A stretch of 64,000 bases of DNA from Nannocystales bacterium (GTDB lineage Bacteria; Myxococcota_A; Polyangia; Nannocystales; Nannocystaceae), in NCBI GenBank assembly GCA_050633305.1, contig JBOEGF010000018.1, positions 864,001 through 928,000 of the forward strand. The letters are read 5' to 3'. A program made the translations under genes and the position numbers. How positions within the stretch are numbered: position 1 is the first letter of the stretch; every line of letters begins with the position of its first letter. The notes under the pieces were generated by a model that searched no databases, was not told the origin of the DNA, and was given only the letters and a program-made list of their open reading frames with translations. Shown here in pieces: positions 58,718-64,000 of the stretch.

Positions 58718-59632
58718 TTAGCCGGGCTTTGCGGTTGGCCCCTCCTCCCGCAGGGGAGCGAGGCCTTCACGTAGGTGGTCGATCATCGCGCGGACCTGGA
58801 CCGGCAGATGGCGTCCCGGTGGGGTGAGGGCCGTGACCCGGGCCGGTGGTGCGACGTAGTCCTCGAGCAACGGGACCAAGCGGCCCGCACGGATGTCCGG
58901 GTCGACGAGCCAGGACGCGAGCAGGCAGATGCCCAACCCCCTCCGTGACAGCGCGAGCGTGGCTTCGGAGTTGTCCGCACGCAGCCGCCCACGGACGCGG
59001 GTTCGGTGTTGGCGGCCCGCATGAGAGAACGTCCACGTGCTTCCCAGGGCCCCGGAGTGAAGTAAGCACTCGTGCGCTCGAAGGTCCGCCGGGCTGCCGG
59101 GTACCCCGTGTTTGCGGATGTACCCTGGGGAGGCGACAAGACGGCGCGGGGTCTTGGCGAGCGTTTGGGCGCGCAAGGTGGAGTCGCTGGATGCCCCAAC
59201 CCGGAGCACGAGATCGAAGCCCTCCTCGACCAGACCCACGTAGCTATCGGAAAACACGAGCCCGAACTCCACGTGACGGTGGCGTTGGGCAAACTTGGCC
59301 ACCAAGGGGACGACGTGGAGGCGCCCGAAGACCTCAGGCACGTTCATGCGGATGCGACCGCGGAGCTCCGCATCGTCGAGTCGGACGCTGCGGATTGCCG
59401 CGTCATAGGCCTCCAGGGTCTGGAGCGCGTGCCCGTGGAGCCGGTGCCCCGCGTCCGTGATGCTGATCGCTCGAGTCGTTCGAGCGACGAGCTGTGCTCC
59501 GAGGTCCTCTTCGAGCGCGCGTAGCCATTTGCTCACCGTTGACTGCTTGACCTGCAGTTCCTCGGCGACCGCCGTGAAGCTTCCGCGCTCGACGAGGCGG
59601 GTGAAGGCACGTAGCGCCGTGATGCGATCCAT
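58718..59632 (-). CDS. LysR family transcriptional regulator
   Basis: GSFTAVA..QSTVSK..LEEDLG..RTTR HTH and substrate-binding domain. Confidence 0.95.
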   Translation of the reverse strand: MDRITALRAFTRLVERGSFTAVAEELQVKQSTVSKWLRALEEDLGAQLVARTTRAISITDAGHRLHGHALQTLEAYDAAIRSVRLDDAELRGRIRMNVPEVFGRLHVVPLVAKFAQRHRHVEFGLVFSDSYVGLVEEGFDLVLRVGASSDSTLRAQTLAKTPRRLVASPGYIRKHGVPGSPADLRAHECLLHSGALGSTWTFSHAGRQHRTRVRGRLRADNSEATLALSRRGLGICLLASWLVDPDIRAGRLVPLLEDYVAPPARVTALTPPGRHLPVQVRAMIDHLREGLAPLREEGPTAKPG

Positions 59633-59655
59633 TCGGGTAGTCTAGTCGATGACTA

Positions 59656-59674
59656 TCATTCCAATATGGAATGA
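59656..59674. promoter_or_regulatory. LysR recognition site
   Basis: Perfect inverted repeat TCATTCCA-ATA-TGGAATGA containing T-N11-A, between LysR and the divergent gene. Confidence 0.7.
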
Positions 59675-59732
59675 CTGAAAGGCAGCGTCGGCTGTTGTCC
59701 GCTCGTCGCTGAGGGGGCAGGCTGTGCTCACG

Positions 59733-60605
59733 ATGACGACGCAAACGATCGCAGTGTTGGGGCTCGGGGCGATGGGGGCACGGATGGCCGCGCGGCTGCT
59801 GGAGGCGGGCTTCGAGGTGCGGGCCTACAATCGGACGAAAACCCGTGGGGACGCCCTGCAGCAGCGCGGGGCGACGATCTGTGCCTCTGCGCGGGAGGCC
59901 GCCCGCGGGGCGGATGTTGTGCTGAGCATGGTGCGCGATGACCAGGCGAGTCGGAGCGTCTGGCTGGACCCCGAGCACGGAGCGCTGGCCGGAATGTCGG
60001 AGCGCGCGATCGGAATGGAGTCGAGCACCCTCAGCCCGCCGTGCATTCACGAACTCGCCGAAGCGTTTGCGGCGCGTCGGATGCGGTTGGTCGACGCGCC
60101 GGTCGTCGGGACCCGGCCCCAGGCCGACGCGGGCTCCCTGGTGTTCCTCGTCGGCGGCGAAGATGCCTCGGTTCAGGCACTGAAACCGGTGTTCGATGCC
60201 ACAGGGGGTGCCGTGCATCACCTCGGACCGCTTGGGAAGGGGAGCGCGATGAAGCTGGCGGTCAACGCTCTGTTCGCGATTCAGGTGGCCTCGCTCGGCG
60301 AGTTGCTGGGCAGTCTGGCCCGGGGCGGCATCGAGCCCGCGGCGGCGATGGAGGTCCTTGGGGGGCTGGCTGTGACGAGCCCGGCGGCGAAGGGCACCGG
60401 AGGGCTGATGGTCCGCGAGGAATACAGTCCGTTGTTTCCGGTCGAGCTGGTCGCGAAGGACCTCGGCTACGCCAGCGCCGAAGCGAGTCGGCTGGGCGGT
60501 TCCGCCCCGATCTCCAGCGCCGCCGCGGACGTCTTCGCAGCCGCGACGAAGCAGGGCTACGGGGCGGAGAACCTCGTGGCGGTGGCCAAGCTGTACCGCC
60601 CCTGA
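59733..60605 (+). CDS. NAD(P)-dependent oxidoreductase, 3-hydroxyisobutyrate dehydrogenase family
   Basis: GLGAMG, YNRT, DAPVVG, MKLAVN, KDL. Confidence 0.9.
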   Translation: MTTQTIAVLGLGAMGARMAARLLEAGFEVRAYNRTKTRGDALQQRGATICASAREAARGADVVLSMVRDDQASRSVWLDPEHGALAGMSERAIGMESSTLSPPCIHELAEAFAARRMRLVDAPVVGTRPQADAGSLVFLVGGEDASVQALKPVFDATGGAVHHLGPLGKGSAMKLAVNALFAIQVASLGELLGSLARGGIEPAAAMEVLGGLAVTSPAAKGTGGLMVREEYSPLFPVELVAKDLGYASAEASRLGGSAPISSAAADVFAAATKQGYGAENLVAVAKLYRP

Positions 60606-60622
60606 GCTTCAGGGCGGACGCC

Positions 60623-62374
60623 CTACTGGGGCAGGAGGCTGGACAGCGTTTGTCGGCTGCGGGCGACCTCCACCTCGACGTCGAGGTCTTCGAACCATCC
60701 GAAGAACTCTTCGAGCTGGTTCTTTTGCTCAGGGCTGAGGTAGTCGAAGTTGGTGCCGCGATCGTTGACTTCCCAGAACTCGCGGGTGTCGAGGCTACGT
60801 AGTTCCTGCCAGATGCTGTGCAGCCGCGCGGCGGGCTCGTCGTGCATGTCGAGCTGGATCTCGCGAGCGTACTCGGGCTCGCCGCGCATCAGGTAGGTTG
60901 TCGCGAGCTTGATCTGCGCCCGTCGGACTCCCCGCAAGGTCTTCTCTTGTTCCTTGGTCTCGGCATGCTCGTCGACCGCCAAGAAGACCTGGAGGAACTC
61001 GCGGTGCTCGCGGATGCCCTTGTCGAGGGCTTTCTCGCACAGCGTTCCGATGTCGTGGGCGATGACCTCAGAGACGAAGGGCATGCCGCGCGAGTAGCTG
61101 ACCGAGCTGTAGTAGCGCATGAACCGAGCGATCTGCAGCGCCCGGTGCTGGAGCTTCTGGGAGAGGTCCGGGCTGGCATCGGGCTCACCGGCGAGCACCG
61201 CCTCGGCCAGCTGTCGGTACTGATGCAGGATGTTGTACGCGGTCCGGATGTCCTTCGCGTTGACCGTGGCGCGTAGGTAGGTGTTGAAGAACTTGATCGC
61301 CAGGTCGAGCGCCCAGAGATCGCCGCGTCGTCCCGCGGCCTCGCCGAGGCGCCGAGTGTCGATGGCGATGAGGTAGCAGGTGTCCTTGATCTGGCCGAGG
61401 GACTCCGTGAACAACATCTGGTACTGCCGCAGCAGCTTCCACTCGACCCAGGTGCCGCGCTCCTCGAGGTCGCCGACGGCCTCCTCGCTGAGGCTGACGA
61501 AGTCGGGGCTTTGACGGTTCCATCCACGCACCTGCGACCATTCCTTGCGCATGGCGGCCTTGGACTCGCCGTAGCGGATGCCGAACTCGCACAGGGAGTC
61601 GATCGCTCCGGAGGTGATCCCTTTGTCCTTCTGCTGGAGCGCGTTGAGTCCGATGTTGGCGAGGTGTTCGATCGCCTCGATGGCCTGGGCCTGTCGGACG
61701 TCGGTGCGGCTGCTCCCGCCCTTGGTCGGGGTGGCTGCGGACAAGCCGTCCACCATGATCCGGCCGACGATTTTTTCGGGGTCCAGGAAGTCGAACACGT
61801 AGGCGAAGTACGGGAACAGCAGCAGTAGGCTGGCCGTCATCAAGAGCATCGAGACCAACACCCCGGATTGGGGGAGGTAGCTCTCGCCGACGGAGAAGTT
61901 GACCCACAGCACGTACACCGTCGAGGTGACGAAGAACGCCAGCACCAGGAGGTTGGTTCGTGCGCGGAAGAACAGAGACGTGATGTGGGGGGTGAAGCGG
62001 GTCGCCGCCAACTGCACGATGATCGAGGACACGGTCAGGGCGAGCCCCAACACGGCGGCCATGACCTCGCCCAAGCCGCCGAGCGTGTTTCGGGCTTGTT
62101 CGATGTCTTGGTCCGAGAGGGATCGCAGCAGGCCTGCGACGGTCACGCGCTCGCCCGGGACGCTTGCCGAGAGAAGTTGGTCGGTCCAGAAGGATGCGAG
62201 GAAGATCAGGGCCGCGACGCCGAAGATGCCCAAGAAGGGGACGGACCAGGTGCGCAGGGGCGCTGTGGCTCGGCTCACGCGACCGACTTGGCCGAGGAGA
62301 CTGACCAGACGGCTCCGGCTGCCGCCCTGGCCGAGGTCGTCGTCACCGGAGGGCGTGTGCGGGCCCGAGGACAC
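60623..62374 (-). CDS. DUF2254-like membrane protein with helical C-terminal domain
   Basis: Four N-terminal TM segments with IVQLAATRFTP; start uncertain. Confidence 0.7.
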   Translation of the reverse strand: MSSGPHTPSGDDDLGQGGSRSRLVSLLGQVGRVSRATAPLRTWSVPFLGIFGVAALIFLASFWTDQLLSASVPGERVTVAGLLRSLSDQDIEQARNTLGGLGEVMAAVLGLALTVSSIIVQLAATRFTPHITSLFFRARTNLLVLAFFVTSTVYVLWVNFSVGESYLPQSGVLVSMLLMTASLLLLFPYFAYVFDFLDPEKIVGRIMVDGLSAATPTKGGSSRTDVRQAQAIEAIEHLANIGLNALQQKDKGITSGAIDSLCEFGIRYGESKAAMRKEWSQVRGWNRQSPDFVSLSEEAVGDLEERGTWVEWKLLRQYQMLFTESLGQIKDTCYLIAIDTRRLGEAAGRRGDLWALDLAIKFFNTYLRATVNAKDIRTAYNILHQYRQLAEAVLAGEPDASPDLSQKLQHRALQIARFMRYYSSVSYSRGMPFVSEVIAHDIGTLCEKALDKGIREHREFLQVFLAVDEHAETKEQEKTLRGVRRAQIKLATTYLMRGEPEYAREIQLDMHDEPAARLHSIWQELRSLDTREFWEVNDRGTNFDYLSPEQKNQLEEFFGWFEDLDVEVEVARSRQTLSSLLPQ

Positions 62375-62457
62375 CGCTGAGACGGTAGCAGAACGCGTAG
62401 GCGGGCGGTACAGTCGTTGTATGCGGCAGTCTACACGAGACCGCCCTTGGAGCTCGA

Positions 62458-63261
62458 ATGCTGCTTTGCGTCGACGTCGGAAACTCTCACACGACGCTTG
62501 GGGTCTTTGAAGGTGCCGCGCTGCGCTGCGAGCTGCGCGTGAGCACGAGGCGCGGCTGGACCCGTGACGAGGTCGCTGCTGCGCTTGCCCAGGCACTCAA
62601 CCTCGCGGGGCTCGGCTTCGACGCCCTCACGGACGCCGTCGTGGCGTGTGTCGTCCCACCTGCGCTCGTGCCTTTGTGCGAAGCGCTGCGACAATACGCC
62701 CAGCTCGATCCCTTGGTGGTCGGCCCCGGCACCAAGACCGGGATGCCGATCCGCTACGACCCACCGCAGGACGTTGGAGCGGATCGCATCGTTACGGCGG
62801 TGGCGGCTCACGGGCGGTACGGCCGGGCCGAGGATGGGTCACCGCGTGGTGTGGTGGTCGTGGACTTCGGCACGGCGACCACCTTCGACGTGGTCTCCCC
62901 AACTCCGGAATACCTCGGGGGCGCGATCGCTCCGGGCATCGGAATCAGCGCCGACGCGTTGTTTGCGAGGGCGGCAAGGCTGCCACGGGTCGACGCCCAG
63001 CGCCCCGCATCCGTGGTCGGCCGGAACACAGTGGCCGCGATCCAATCGGGGCTGGTGCTGGGCTACGTCGGACTGGTCGAGGGCCTCATTGTTCGGATCA
63101 AGGCGGAGCTCACCTGGCCGGTGTGGGTCATCGCCACCGGGGGCTTTGCCCGAACGATCGCCGTCGAGTCGACCGTGATCGACGAGGTCGACGATGCACT
63201 GGTCCTCGAAGGCCTGCGAGACATCCACGGCCGCAACCGCAAACTCGAGAAGGACGACTGA
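62458..63261 (+). CDS. coaX: Type III pantothenate kinase
   Basis: VDVGNS, VGADR, VDFGTATT, GGAIAPG, ATGG, LVLEGL. Confidence 0.95.
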   Translation: MLLCVDVGNSHTTLGVFEGAALRCELRVSTRRGWTRDEVAAALAQALNLAGLGFDALTDAVVACVVPPALVPLCEALRQYAQLDPLVVGPGTKTGMPIRYDPPQDVGADRIVTAVAAHGRYGRAEDGSPRGVVVVDFGTATTFDVVSPTPEYLGGAIAPGIGISADALFARAARLPRVDAQRPASVVGRNTVAAIQSGLVLGYVGLVEGLIVRIKAELTWPVWVIATGGFARTIAVESTVIDEVDDALVLEGLRDIHGRNRKLEKDD

Positions 63262-63263
63262 TC

Positions 63264-64000
63264 ATGGCGTACGACCATCAACCGCTCACGCAGCAAGAGA
63301 TGGGTGCCGGCCCTTGGAAAATGGTCGGGCCCGATGCGCCCCCGCCAATGCGCCAGATGGTCGCCGGCGGCATGGCTCCGCTTCCCCCGCGCGAGCTGTT
63401 GATCGCGCTGTATCACCTCTGGCTCGACGATCCCGCCGGACTCGGTGAGCAGGCGGCGAAGACGTTGCTCGGCTTGCCGCCGGCGCTTCTCGACGGGGGG
63501 CTCAGTGAACCCGGATTGCCCGCGGGCGTGCTCGACTTCGTCGCACGTCGAATGGCGCGCAAGGAGGCCGTCCTCGAGAAGGTCGTTCGTCACCCGGTGG
63601 TCCACGACGAGACCTTGGCTGCGGTCGCGCGTGCGTGCCCTGAGGGCATCTGCGACATCCTGGCCGAGAACCAGCAGCGATGGTTGTCGTTCCCAACGAT
63701 CGTCGAGGCGCTTTACCAAAACCCCAACTGTCGGATGAGCGTGGCGCAGCGGATGCTCGAGCTTGCGGTGCGTCAGGGCGTGGACCTCAAGCTCCCCAAC
63801 ATCGAGGAGATCAAGGCCGCGCTCGGGGACGGTGCCGCGCCTGCTGCTTCGGGGACCGAAGACGACGCGTTCCGTTCGGCGATGGGAAGCGAAGTGCTGG
63901 CGCAGCACGACCGCTACGTCGACACGCTGGAGAACTCGGGGGTGGGGGAGGATGTTTCGCCCGAAGAGCTTCGCGAGGCGCCGTCGGCCTACGACGGGCT
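63264..64000 (+). CDS. Hypothetical all-helical protein, 3' end runs off the window
   Basis: Hand translation from ATG 63264: MAYDHQPL..GMAPLPPRELL..ILAENQQRWL..ALYQNPNCRMS..ELAVRQGV; open to the window end, 2 bp after the coaX stop. Confidence 0.7.
   Translation, partial: MAYDHQPLTQQEMGAGPWKMVGPDAPPPMRQMVAGGMAPLPPRELLIALYHLWLDDPAGLGEQAAKTLLGLPPALLDGGLSEPGLPAGVLDFVARRMARKEAVLEKVVRHPVVHDETLAAVARACPEGICDILAENQQRWLSFPTIVEALYQNPNCRMSVAQRMLELAVRQGVDLKLPNIEEIKAALGDGAAPAASGTEDDAFRSAMGSEVLAQHDRYVDTLENSGVGEDVSPEELREAPSAYDG

Overview
GC-rich bacterial DNA with about 50 densely packed genes. The gene content (four Hanks-type Ser/Thr kinases, PEGA/TPR proteins, many lipoproteins with Ser/Thr-rich stalks and Cys-rich modules) suggests a myxobacterium, possibly Nannocystaceae-like; this is inference, not a search result. 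I found no rRNA, tRNA, CRISPR array or transposase. The main structure is a ~30 kb region (12.8-43.2 kb) that combines three gene sets. (1) PAPS supply and recycling: cysD, cysNC, a second cysC, a Hal2/Met22-type PAP phosphatase and an SLC13/TrkA-C transporter, with no cysH or sulfite reductase in the window. (2) Sulfate transfer: a PAPS-dependent sulfotransferase, two exported PAPS-independent arylsulfotransferases and a Thr-nucleophile sulfatase-fold enzyme. (3) Glycan assembly and candidate targets: four GT-C-like membrane proteins, a GT2, a flippase-like protein, a PA14 protein and adhesin-like lipoproteins. Together they suggest a system that builds and sulfates a cell-surface glycoconjugate. 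A second candidate system is a five-gene minus-strand run (51.8-56.4 kb): Cys-repeat exported protein, ferritin-like diiron protein, (KPTS)n secreted protein and two tandem RlaP-like nucleotidyltransferases. Other oddities are a DsbA-like protein lacking both active-site cysteines, a glycerol-1-phosphate dehydrogenase and a kinase-TPR-lipoprotein signalling module. All family calls come from motif recognition by eye; several start codons were trimmed from the ORF track and are estimates.
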